Position numbers and translations under genes: made by a program
NCBI GenBank assembly: GCA_030390025.1
Contig: CM059437.1
Coordinates: forward strand, 54,808,001-54,872,000
Direction: 5' to 3'
From: Squalus acanthias
Lineage: Eukaryota
Length of the DNA: 64,000 bases
In this document: positions 12,709 to 24,757 of the stretch, one piece after another
Layout of the letters: each line of letters opens with the position of its first letter
How positions within the stretch are numbered: position 1 is the stretch's first letter
The notes under the pieces: generated by a model
Told to the model about the DNA's origin: nothing
Databases searched by the model: none
The model's input: only the letters and a program-made list of their open reading frames with translations

Positions 12709-12949
12709 TTAAGAAACGAAATGTATTTTTTTAAATCTTTTAACGTATCTGTATTACTGTTTAAAAGAACAAGTGGGTGTTTCTTGTTTTGAGACTCGTC
12801 CAATGAAATGTCTATTTTGCTGTTGATTTTGACTTCTTTGAAAAATAACGATGCTTTGCTTTTTTGCATGAACGTCTTCCGTTTTAAATGCAGCCAATAC
12901 ATTTGTCTGAAATGTATCAATAATGTCTTACTTTTAGTCCTGAAGAAAT

Positions 12950-12955
12950 AATAAA
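12950..12955 (+). terminator. Probable poly(A) signal of the IgL C exon
   Basis: AATAAA about 240 nt after the stop codon. Confidence 0.55.
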
Positions 12956-13614
12956 ATAGCATGAGCAGTACAATATGTTGTGATCCATTATAGTGTGAAG
13001 GCCAAATTCATGATGAAAAGGACACACCGGAAGTGTTCTAACCTGCACAGATACTGACTGACCCGATGTGTAGCTCCTGCACTTTATGTTTTTATTTCGA
13101 GGATTTACAAGAGTTTTGTATAATGAGTTTTCGATGTTATCCTGCACGTTCTTCTCTCCTCCCCGGCGGGAGAAAAGGTTTACCGGATATTTGTGATTTA
13201 AAAAAAAACATCAAACATTGAATAGACATTTTGGCTTTTAAATAAAGAAAGATTTTTTATTTTGGAGATAAGAATCCATTTCTGGGTCTCAGTGGAATTC
13301 AGGCAAATGGATTAGAGTAAGAGTTAACAGAGGAGCAGAGAGCCCTTAGACTGTTGGGAACTCCGGGGAATTCCGTGCTCCCGAGGCTGCAATTTTAATT
13401 TTTATATTGTAGTTCATGCTGTAATACTGTGAGAACCCCCATAATACAGGAATGATGTTTCTCAGAGGTTGAGTACTTTATTTCTGGAATATTAAAAATA
13501 TATGTTTTAATAGTTCCTGCTTTTTTTTTAAAAAAATCCTATTTTTGCTGTTTTAACTTGTACATTCTGCATTAACAATGCTCTATAAATTGACCTGTTT
13601 GGAACAACTGGGTC

Positions 13615-14070
13615 AACCTGTAGCATTCTTACCTCTGAGTCAGACTGTTGTGGGTTCAAGCTGCATTGCAGCGTTAGAACACATAATCAAGGCTGACACT
13701 CCAGTGCGGTACTGAGCGAGTGCTGCACTGTCGGAGGTGTAGTTTTTCAGATGAGGCATTAAACCGAGGCCCCATCTGCCCTCTCGGTTGGATGCAAAAG
13801 ATCCACCATCACTATTCAAAGAAGATCAGGGGAGTTCTTCCAGAGTCCTGACCAACATTTCCCCCTCAACCAAGACCATTAAAAACAGATTATCTAGTCA
13901 TTTATCTATTTCTTTGTTCCTGGGAGTTGGCTGTATGGAAATTGACTGCCACGTTTCCCTACATTACAAAAGTGACTACACTTCAAAAAGTATTTATTGG
14001 CTGTGAAGCGCTTTGGGACGACCTAAGTCGTGAACGGTGCTATATAAATGCAAGTTATTTCTTGCTTCTT
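13615..14070 (+). mobile_element. Deu-domain SINE (SacSINE1/AmnSINE1-like)
   Basis: ggctgacactccagtgc...ttaaaccgaggcccc...tgtgaagcgctttgggacg...ctatataaatgcaagt; shorter related fragments at about 3230-3325 (-) and 63620-63700. Confidence 0.75.
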
Positions 14071-14609
14071 TCTATTGTTTGGTGCTGCTCGCGAAATGGT
14101 AACCCCCTTTTTGAATGCTTTAAGATTTAACTAGAAATACTGACTATAAGAAACCTGTAAAATATAATTTCCAGTTAGAAAACTGAGCGATTCTTCCAAG
14201 ATCCATGAAGTTTCCAACCCCAAGTCTTCCATTACCAGGAAGTCAAAATTGCCAAGGGCCTATTTTCTTCAGCTTTACCCCCCACCCCCAACGATCCCAT
14301 TGTCGGGTGCAATGCAGAAGAAGGATATGTTGAGACTCGCTACATGACGGGGGTGGGGGAAGGGTAACATTTCCCTGAGGATTCTCCCGATCCCCCGCCA
14401 TATCATCGACGGAAGATCGGCAGAACCCCCAGAGCAAGGGTATTAATGGCCTACTGCGTCCTTTCTCTGGGTTTCCGCCGATCTTCCGCCGGAGTTACCG
14501 TGGGAAATCGGAAGAAACCCCGCGGAAAGTTTACTCCCAGGTTCTAGGCCGGATGTGCTACCCATCCAATACTCGCTGTGAATTTCTGGGGTTCTGCTTC
14601 TTTGCATTT

Positions 14610-15115
14610 TCATAAAATCATCGAATCATAGAAAAATTACAACACCGAAGGAGGCCATTCGGCCCATCGTGTCCGTACCGGTCGGAAAAGATCTAACCAG
14701 CCTAATCCCACCTTCCAGCACTAGGTCCGTAGCCCTGTAGGTTACTGCACTTCAAGTGCATATCCAAGTACTTTTTAAATGTGATTAGGGTTTCTGCCTC
14801 TACCACCCTTTCAGGCAGTGAGTTTCAGACTCCCACCACCCTCTGGGTGAAAAACATCTTTCCTCATCTCCCCTCTAATCCGTTTACCAACTACTTTAAA
14901 TCTATGCCCCCTGGTTCTTGACCCTTCTGCTAAGGGAAATAGGTCCTTACTATCCACTCTATCTAGGCCCTTCATAATTTTATACATCTCAATTAAATCT
15001 CCTTTCAGCCTTCTTTGTTCCAAGGAAAACAACCCCAGCCTCTCCAATCTTTCCTCATGGCTAAAGTTTTCCAGTCCTGGCAACATCCTCGTAAATCTCC
15101 TCTACACCCTCTCCA
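14610..15115 (-). mobile_element. CR1 LINE 3' fragment
   Basis: ORF 14811-15086 (EERLERLGLFSLEQRRLKGDLIE) and a tagaatcatag-type tail. Confidence 0.85.
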
Positions 15116-15756
15116 GGTTCTGCGATGCAAATCACAATGGGGTTAAATAACAGAACTGGGATATCCAGGCAGCACTCATTATGCTTTCATTTACAGCAGA
15201 CTTAATATTCCATCAATCTTTGATTTTCCATGGACAATACAGGACTGGTTCCTGGGAAAGCAATGATACCTACTGCTGCCTGTGTGACACACACAAAAGC
15301 CCCGCACAGATCTAATGTGGTCCGCACCTCAACCAGGGCCACCGTCGAGCCTGTGATTAGAATTGTGAAGCAATATTTGCAGTGCTTTTATCGGTCAGAT
15401 GCTGTTGTGCAGTACAAACGCTCAAAGTAGGAGGAGATCACGAGAACCCCCTCAAAAATGTTCCCCTGTGTTTCCTTCTGATATTTGTTTTAATGTCACT
15501 CCATTCCACCTTCAGTCCACCCGCTGCACCAATGCTGCCCTGGTCACAGTCAGCAATAAAATCCGCTGGGATTGTGGCTAATCGCTATTGTAACCTTTCC
15601 TATCATCTTGCTCTCTCACATATATTCCACACCGTTGACCACTCCGCTCTCTTCCACAGCCTCTACTCCTGGGTTTATCTCAGGGCCCAGTAGTGCCCTG
15701 GTTCCACTCATATCTGTCCCAGTGCTGTCACGATATAGGGTCTGATAGTTTCTCCT

Positions 15757-17005
15757 TTGATAGAATCATAGAATGGTTACAGCACAGAAGGAGGCAATTT
15801 GGCCCATCGAGCCCGTGCCTGCTCTCTGCAAGAGCACTTCAGCTAGTCCCACTCCCCCGCCCTTTCCCCGTAACCCTGCAGTTTCTTCCTTCAGGTACTT
15901 ATCCAATTCCCCTTTGAAAGTCACAATTGAATTTGCCTCCACCACCCCTTCAGGCAGTGAATTCCAGATCCTAACCACTCGCTGTGTAAAAGGTTTTTCC
16001 TCATGTCGCCTTTGGTTCTTCTCCAAACATCTTAAATCTGTGTCCTCTGGTTCTCAACCATTCCGCCAATGGGAACAGTTTCTCTCTATCTATTCTGTTT
16101 AGACCCCTCATGATTTTGAACACCTCTATCAAATCTCCTCTCAACCTTCTCTGCTCTAAGGAGAACAACCCCAGCTTCTCCAGTCTATCCACGTAACTGA
16201 AGTCCCTCATCCCTGGAACGATTCTCGTAAATCTTTTCTGCACCCTCTCTAAGGCCTTCACGTCCTTCCTACAGTGCGGTGCCCAGAATTGGACACAATA
16301 CTCCAGTTGAGGCCGAACCAGTGTTTTATATAGGTTCATCATAAATTCCTTGCTTTTGCACTCTATGCCTCTATTTATGAAGCCCAGTATCCTGTAGGCT
16401 TTTTTTAACCGCTTTCTCAACCTGCCCTGCCACTTTCAACGATTTGTGCACATACACCCCCAGGTCTCTCTGTTCATGCACCCCCCTATCGAATTGTACC
16501 CTTTAGTTTATATTGCCTCTCCTCGTTCTTCCTACCAAAATGTATCACTTCGCACTTTTCTGTGTTAAATTTCATTTGCCACGTGTCCACCCATTCCACC
16601 AGCCTGTCTATGTCTTCTTGAAGTCTATCACTATCCTTCTCACTGTTCACTATACTTCCAAGTTTTGTGTCATCCGCAAATTTTGAAATTATGCCCTGTA
16701 CACCCAAGTCCAATTCATTAATATATATCAAGAAAAGCAGTGGTCCTAGTATCGACCCCTGGGGAACACCACTGTATACCTTCCTCCAGTCCGAAAAACA
16801 ACCGTTCACCGCTACTCTGTTTCCTGTCACTTAGCCAATTTTGTACCATGCTGCCACTATCCCTTTTATTCCATGGGCTTCAACTTTTCTGGCAAGCCTA
16901 TTATGTGGCACTTTATCAAATGCCTTTTGGAAGACCATGTACACCACACCAACTGCATTGCCCTCATCAACCCTTTCTGTTACCTCATTAAAAAACTCAA
17001 TCAAG
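15757..17005 (-). mobile_element. CR1 LINE 3' fragment (frameshifted RT)
   Basis: ORFs 16486-16830 (GVPQGSILGP, FADD), 16001-16420 and 15766-16026. Confidence 0.9.
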
Positions 17006-17223
17006 TCAACTCCATAGTCAACTCCAGGTGTTCCAACGCCCTCTCTCTGGTCCCTTCCTATTCAATATCTGCTTGACATCTTGGTCACGTCCTCCATACA
17101 GCATCAGTTTACAGATACACACTAGCCACACCCGACTCTACCTCTCCGTTACTACCACCAACTCCAAGCTTTACACGGATGCTTTTCAATTGACTATCCA
17201 ACGTTGTCTGGATGCACCTTGTT

Positions 17224-19010
17224 GGGGTGCAGTAGCATATTGGTTATGTTACTGGACTAGCAATCCAGCGGCCTGGACGAATGATCTGGAGACATGAATT
17301 CAAATCCCACTGGGGGAATTTAAATTCAGTTAATTAAATAAATCTGGAATAAAAAGCTAGTATCAGTAATGGTGACCATGAAACTACTGGATTGTCGTAA
17401 AAACCCATGTGATTCAATAATGTCCTTAGGGAAGGAACTCTGCTGTCCTTACCTGGTCTAGCCTACATGTTACTCCAGACCAACAGCAATGTGGTTGACT
17501 CTTAACTGTCCTCTGAAATGGCCTAGCAAGCCACTCAGTTGTACCAAATCGCTACAAAGAAGCATACCAAGAATAAAACCGGACGGACTACTCGGCATTG
17601 ACAAAGGCACACCCAGCCCAGTCGACCCTGCAATGCCCTCCTCACTACTACCTGGGAACCTGTGCCAAAATTGGGACAGCTGTCCCACAGACTAGTCAAG
17701 CAACAGTCTGACATAGTAATACCCACAGAATCATACCTTTCAGCCACGTCCCAGACTCCTCCATCAGTATCCATGGGTATGTCCTGTACCACCGGCAGGA
17801 CAGACCCACCAGTGGAGGCGACACAGAGGTATACAGTTTTGGGGGGGGAGTGATCCTGGGAGTCCTCAACATTGACTCTGGACCCATGAAGTCTCATGGC
17901 ATCAGGTGAAACATGGGCAAGGAAACCTCCTGCGGATTACCACCTACTGCTCTCCCTCAGCTGATGAATCAGTACTCCTCCATGTTGAACACCATTTGGA
18001 AGAAGCACTGAGGGTAGCAAGGGCACAGAACGTACTCTGGGTGTGGGACTTCAATGTCCATCGCCAAGAGTGGCTCGCTAGCATCACTAGTGACCATGCT
18101 GGCCAAGGCCTGAAGGTCATAGCTGCCGGACTGGGCCTGCAGCAGGTGGTGAGAGAACCAACACGAGAGAAAAATATACTTGACCTCGTTTTCACCAATC
18201 TACCTGTCACAGATGCATCTGTCCATGGCAGTATTGGTAGGAGTGACCACCGCATAGTCCTTGTGGAGACGAAGTCCTGTCTTCACACTGAGGACACCCT
18301 CCATCGTTTTGTGTGGCACTTCCACCATGCTAAATGGGATAGATTCAGAACAGATCTAGCAGCTCAAAACTGGGTATCCATGAGGCACAGTGGGCCATCA
18401 GCAGCAGCAGAATTGTATTCCACCACAATCTGTAACCTCATGGCCTGGCATGTTCCTCACTCTGTCATTACCATCAAGCCAGGGGACCAACCCTGGTTCA
18501 ATGAGGAGTGTAGAAGAGCAGACCAGGAGCAGCACCAGGCCTACCTGAAAATGAGGTGCCAACCTGGTGAAGCTACAACACAGGACTACATACATGATAA
18601 ACAGCAGAAACAGCATGCTATAGACAGAGCTAAGCGATCGATCAACCAACGGATCAGATCAAAGCTCTGCAGTCCTGCCACATCCAGTCAGGAATGGTGG
18701 TGGACAATTAAACAACTAAAGGGAGGAGGAGGCTCTATGAACATCCCCATCCTTAATGATGATGGAGCCCAGCACATGAGTGTGAAAGACAAGGCTAAAG
18801 CGTTTACAACCAACTTCAGCCAGAAGTGCCGAGTGGATGATCCATCTTGGCCTCTTCCCGAGGTCCCCACCATCACAAAAGCCAGTCTTCAGCCAATCCG
18901 ATTCACTCCACGTGATATCAAGAAATGGCTGCGCACACTGGATACAGCAAAGGCTATGGGCCCTGAAAACATCCCTGCCGTCCTGCTGAAGACTTGTGCT
19001 CTAGGACGCC
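17224..19010 (+). mobile_element. HER1/CR1-like LINE copy with a tRNA-derived HE1-SINE-like head; APE endonuclease region present, 3' half absent
   Basis: Pol III A/B-box-like head (tagcatattgg...gaattcaaatcc) at 17224-17545, then APE motifs (TESYL, DFNVH, EPTR..LDLVFTN, SDH) in ORFs 17662 and 17906. Confidence 0.8.
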
Positions 19011-19824
19011 CACGAATAAAAAGATCTTTCAGTACCCTGTTGAAACTCTAATCCAACTTTTCATCGCCTCAAGGCTTGACGCCTCAAATAGCCTCTCTAC
19101 TCGCCTTCTTGTCTCCACCTTTGACAAACATCAGCATATCCAGAATTCCACAGCCTTCATCTTCACAGCTACAACTCCCCTCACTATTATACCCCATCAA
19201 TGATAACTTCCATTGGTTTTCTGTGCTTCACCCGGTCAGCCTCCAGATGCTTGTCCTGACCTTCAAATCTTTGACTGGCCTCGCCATATCATATTTCAGC
19301 AACCTCTCCAGTTCTACCCACACTCTCTCCTCCTCTCGCTCCAGATTACTGCTTGTTCCGGGGTACCTCAGCTCCACCAACAACGCCGATCATTCAATGT
19401 TCATACCCCTACTCTAATGATGTGCCATCGAAGATAAGATTGTCTTGCTACTTTTTTCCCTGTCTTCAAAGAGCCCCTATAGATGGAATCTTTAATTCCC
19501 TCCCTCCCACCCCCAACCCCACACTCATACAAACAAACACAGTAACACACTAACACACACGTACACAATCTTAAATGCCCTCCTCCTTCGCTTTAGGGTA
19601 GATCTTTCTACTTATTAAATTATGTTCTCCAAACAGTAATAATTCATTACCTTTGGAATTGTTATTTGTATCCTAATACATAGATAGCATAACTGTCTCT
19701 TGATCGATGGACACAAAGCATTCGTTCTCCGGTTACTTGTGTCTAAAGTCCATCCTCAATTCAAAGTTACTTAATTCAAATAATTTAATAATTTATTCAT
19801 AGCAAGAATTCCTACTTTTCTATT

Positions 19825-20570
19825 GGCCCAAAAATTTGTGTTGATACGCGAGAGTACGCACTGTGTACTCTCGCGTATTCTGTCTCCAATTGCCGGTTTT
19901 CTGCATGCACTGCGCATGCGCTGAAAACCGGCACTTGGTGAATGGAAAAGGGGGCAGTTCCTAGGTGAACCGCGTGCGCGCTACAGGCTGCGCGCATGCA
20001 GTGCACTTAGTGGTTTCAACGCGCAGGTAAGTATGGAAGATTTTACACATAAAAAAAGGAGTAAGACCCACTTTTAACAAGGTAAGTAGTGAATTAAGTA
20101 TTATTTTGAGTTTTTTTTAACAGGTATATCTTTTTTAGAGACTTTAAAGACAGGTAAGTTTATTTTTATAACTTTTTAAAAGATTTTAAATGTTTTCAAA
20201 AATTTAATTTTTTATTTAAAATGGTTAATTTATTTAACTATACTTATTTTATTAATGTGATGGTTTTTTTTAATTTAATTGAGGTTTAGCTGTTCTTTTG
20301 GGGGGCTACAGTATTCATAGCTTTCACAGCGCTTACGTGAAAGTTATGAATGGAAGATGGTGTGCTGCCATTGGCTCTAACTGAGTCACGTGATCCCACA
20401 GCTCGCACGAATTAACTGCGCCTGTGGGATACGCAAGCCCAGCACAGCAGCTGTCCAGAACATCAAGTTCGTGCGAGCTGGAACTGAAAAAGCCAACGCA
20501 CAGTGAGAGATCGCGGGGAAGCCTTACCCTCGCACGAAGGTATTTATGTTTACATTTAATCAAATTACTG
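19825..20570. mobile_element. MITE-like element with an internal hairpin and AT-rich core
   Basis: Near-perfect hairpin gatacgcgagagtacgca-ctg-tgtactctcgcgtattc at about 19843-19880; ggcccaaaaatttg terminus resembles Harbinger-type TIRs. Confidence 0.4.
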
Positions 20571-21029
20571 GATAAGAAATTTTAGCGTAATTAAGGACTT
20601 TGAATTAACAGGAGCTGAACGACCAATTTCCCTTCACCCTTGATAAACCTCAGCTAATCCAAAATTCCGCGGTGTGGGAAGGTGGAAAATGCCCTTTTCC
20701 ATTCATGCAATGCCGGTTTATCGCCACCAGAGAACGCCAGAGCTCCTGGTAAGTCACGGCCATTGGTTCAGCAAAACGGGACGCTGTAAAGGGGCGCAAA
20801 AAATGTTAAAATCGACACAAATATCAGACCGATGTGAGCATAATTACCACGTGGTAATTTTATGAGGAGAATGAAGTACATTTTTTAACAAAATATTATT
20901 TTAAATCTGCAATTTGGAGCATTTTAATTAAAATGGCGGATTACAGGATTAACTTCAACTTAATTTATTGTTGAAGGGCAGAATCAAGGACCCGGTGATT
21001 TGTGTTTATCACACGATTGCGCACCTAAT

Positions 21030-23120
21030 GTGAGCTGCACTTGGCGGCTGGTCGTCAGATTACTGCTCGCACGGCGCCTGTTCCACTCTTCAATACGGTC
21101 TTACCGGTCTGAACATCAGACTCTGATCTTACAGTCTGCACTTCACTTCCACCGAACCAAGACCAAGATCATTTCATCAAACACACCAGGGTCTAACAAA
21201 GAGCAATGTATGGCTCACGTTACTTGATCAGGGTAAAACTCTCAAGCAGCTAAGTGAAAGAAAGCACTGATCATATTCGGACCTCATGAGCACAGGTGAA
21301 CCTCCACATACCTGGTGGTTTTTAACGACTTCCTTATTCAGACAACTGGTAAGTCAATGTCTCCACTTGTCTCCACTTGCTGTACTCCGGGTTGTCCTTT
21401 TGCCTCGGAGAACAGGTTTGCTGCTCTCAGCACAGGAAGAGACAGAAACCGCCTCGTAGCCTCGCCCTACAGCACAGCCCACGTTGCCACCAGCTGAACG
21501 GTAAATCACAGCCAAAGAAAGACAGAGGGCTCTAGTCGTCGGAGACTCCATTCTCAGGCACACAGCCACCATGCTGTGCAGAGGTAAGGGTTTGTCCCGT
21601 GCAGTTGTGTGTTTTCTAGGAGCAAAAGTTAACGATCTTCACGATGACCTCATGAAAGGAAAGCAAGATGGAACCGTAGTGGCATTGCATGTGGGAACAA
21701 ATGATGTGATGGTAAAAGGTCCTTTCGCTTGCAGGACAACTGCAGGAAGTTGGCTCATGCAGTAAAGGACAAAGGAACAAAAGTAGTCATAAACGGCCTT
21801 CTTCCGATGCTACAAGGTTCTGCAGAAAGGAACAGCAGAATCATTGAATTCAACCTGTGGCTTGAGGAACTATGTAAGAAGGAGAGACTTACTTTTATAT
21901 ACAACTGGGGAAATTTTCGGCGACAAGGTAAGCTTTTTAGGAGGGTTGGCCTCCATCTTAATTTTCTGGGTGCACAGATGTTGGCCGAGAATTTTGAAGT
22001 AACCTTTGGGGAGCATTTAAACTGGTTGAGCCAAAGATACGAATGGATAAATCAGCCAGTAGTTTTACTGGGGTAGGTAGCACGAATAAACTACCCAGAT
22101 ATTTTAAAGCTAAGGTACAGAAAAGGAATGGTTCCCAGAGTCAGGCAACTGATAGACCATTGAAATGCTTCTATGTTAATTCAAGAAGTCTCAGAAAAAA
22201 ACTGCTAAAACTGTAATCTTATGCAGCATTAGAAAACCCAGATGTTATAGACGTTACTGAGACATTGCTAGATTTAAATGATGGTACTGTATGCCATATC
22301 ACATGGTATAACTGTTTTGGAAAAGATAGACTAGGTCAGAAAGGAGGAGGTGTAGCTTTATTTGTCAGAGACAATCTGCCTGCTGTGGCAAGAGATATTG
22401 GCACATCAGCAGTAGCTGAAGCTATTTCGATTCAATTAGTCCAAGCTAATGGCTCTAAGATTATGATTGGCACCTGTTATAGACCTACAGGACAGGCATC
22501 CCTAGCTGATGAGGAGCTTTGTTCACAAATTGCTAAGGCTTCTAGCTTGGACCTTTACTGATGAACCAATAAGGATGAAACTGGGTTGCCCCAAGGTCAC
22601 CAAACAAGAATCATCACAACAAGTGTCCCTTTTAGGGCACCACTAATATAGGAAAGAAACATGGTCCAATCAAACTAAAAGAAGCCAAAATAAGCAACAA
22701 AGTCCCAACAAAACCAAACGAAACCTTTCCAACGAAATCGTAATGTTTGATCAATGTCTATAAAATGCACTATACCCTGCGGTGCCCACTGGTCACGGAA
22801 GGCATCAAGCATACCAGTGGATACCGCATGCTCCCTCTCCAGGGCCAACTGGGCACATATAAGACTGCAGCCTGAGTGACAATGCACCACCTTCCCCCCG
22901 CCTCCCCGCCCCACATGGGTGCTGCCCATCCTGGACCTACAAGATGCTGTTTCAGCCAAGCCCAAGGACAGGTCCACGAGTAGATTCAAACTGATTCTCA
23001 AGTTATGGCAGAGCTGCTAAATGACTATTTCACAGCAGTCTGTACACCTGTAGATTATGCTTATATTCCAGATAAGGAGTGTTCAATATTGAATAGCATT
23101 ATTAATATTAAAATAGATAG
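21030..23120 (+). mobile_element. Degenerate CR1 5' region: ORF1 (SGNH esterase type) and start of ORF2 endonuclease
   Basis: NRFAALS, ALVVGDSILR, LHVGTND, GLHLN (ORF1); DR..KGGGVALFVR, GTCYRP (APE); MAELLNDYFTAV at 23005. Confidence 0.8.
22600..22985 (-). mobile_element. Probable Tx1/L1-type LINE 3' fragment inserted in the CR1
   Basis: LEREHAVSTGMLDAFRDQWAPQG C-terminal motif in ORF 22675-23001; interrupts the CR1 ORF2. Confidence 0.55.
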
Positions 23121-24535
23121 TTCTGCAGCACAAATCGTCAGCACTGCAGCCAGGGTGTTGTCGGGGTCCATAGCCTTTGCTGTAATCAGTGCGCTCAGCC
23201 GTTTCTTAATATGACATGGAGTGAATCGAATTGGCTGAAGACTGGCTCCTGTGATGGTGAGGGCATCAGGTGGAGGCCGAGATGAATCATTCACTCGACA
23301 CTTTTGGCTGAAGATGGTTGCAAACGCTTCATGGTAATGGTAGAGTGATGGATATGCCGGACCATGAGGTTACAGATTGCGATGGAATGCAATTCTGCTC
23401 TGCTGGTGGCCCACAGTGCCTCATGGGTGCCCAGTTTGGAGCTGCTAGATCTGTTCTGAATCTATCCCATTTAGCATGGCGGTAGTGCCACGCAAGACGA
23501 TGGAGGGTGTCCTCACTGTGAAGACGGGACTTTGTCTCCAAGGACTATGTGGTGGTCACTCCTATCAATACTGTCATGGACAGATGCATCTGTGACAGGT
23601 AGATTGGTGAGGACGAGGTCAAGTAGATTTTTCTCTCATGCGTGTTCCCTCACCATCTGCCGCAGGCCCAGTCTGGCAGTTATATCTTTCAGGACAGGCC
23701 AGCTGGGTAAATAGTGGAGCTGCCGAGCCACTCTTAGTGTTGGACATTGAAGTCCCTACCCACAGTGCATTCTGAGCCCTTGTCACCCTCAGTGCTTCTT
23801 CCAAGTGGTGGTCAACATGGATGAGAGCAGATGGATCAGCTGAGGGAGGGCAGTAGGTGGTAATCAGCAGGAGGTTTCCTTGCCCATGTTTCACCTGATG
23901 CCATGAGACTTCATGGGGTTCGGAGTCAATGTTGCGGACTCCCAGGGCCACTCCCTCCTGACTATACACCACTGTGCCGCTACCTCTGGTGGATCTGTCC
24001 TGCCGGTGAATATACAGGATAGTGATGGAGGAGGAGTCTGGGACGTTGGCTGAAAGGTATGAGTATGACTATGTCAGGCTGTTGCTTGACTAGTCTGAGA
24101 AACAGCTCTCCCAATTTTGGCAGCAGTCCCCAGATGTTAGTGACGAAGACTTTGCAGATTTTCTTGGCTGGATATGCCTAGGTCGATGCCAAGTTGTTCG
24201 TCTGGTTTTATCTTATTGTTTTTCCTACAAGTTTGAGTGGCTTGCTGGGCCATTTCAGAGGGCAGTTAAGAATCTAGCACATTGCTGTGGGTCTGGAGTC
24301 ACATAAAGGCCCGACCAGGTAAGGGCAACAGATTTCCTCCCCTAAAGGGCATTAGTGAACCAAGTGGGTTTTTGTGACAATCCGGAAGTTCCGTGGTCAC
24401 CATTACTGATACTAGCTTTTTATTCCAGATTTATTTAATTAACTGAATTTAAATTCCACAGCTGCCCTGTTGGGATTTGAACTCATGTCTCTGGATCATT
24501 AGTCCAGGCCTCTGGATTACTAGGAGTACTATTCT
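23119..24535 (-). mobile_element. tRNA-headed HER1-like LINE copy (head plus APE, internally deleted)
   Basis: Reverse complement of the 17224-19010 element, including the head (gagttcaaatccc B box near 24480). Confidence 0.85.
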
Positions 24536-24757
24536 ATCGTTCCTCACATTCAAAGTCTTTAAAAAACCACAATGGTATTCGTGGCTAGAGTTCTGCTGCA
24601 ATGTTTAAGTTATATTGATGTACGATCGTGGGTTCTATTGATCCATGTAATTGAAGGTATTGACTGGCGTTGACATAGATCCCGAAAGGCGAACAAACAT
24701 GCAGCTCAGTGAAGCCAGGGCGATAGAGTGAAGGATAGGTCTTCTTAGTTCACCACT

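Larger units (their letters stand above)
15540..19400 (+). mobile_element. Old L2-type LINE remnant, interrupted by the younger elements at 15757-17005 and 17224-19010
   Basis: Decayed RT motifs in order: FHTVDHSAL..PWFHSYLS (15600-15740), GVP..LGP (17020-17070), ETLIQLFIASRLD (19040-19090). Confidence 0.55.

Noticed and set aside
17224-17310. tRNA gene
   Set aside because: A/B-box-like head of a SINE/LINE repeated several times in the window; no complete cloverleaf
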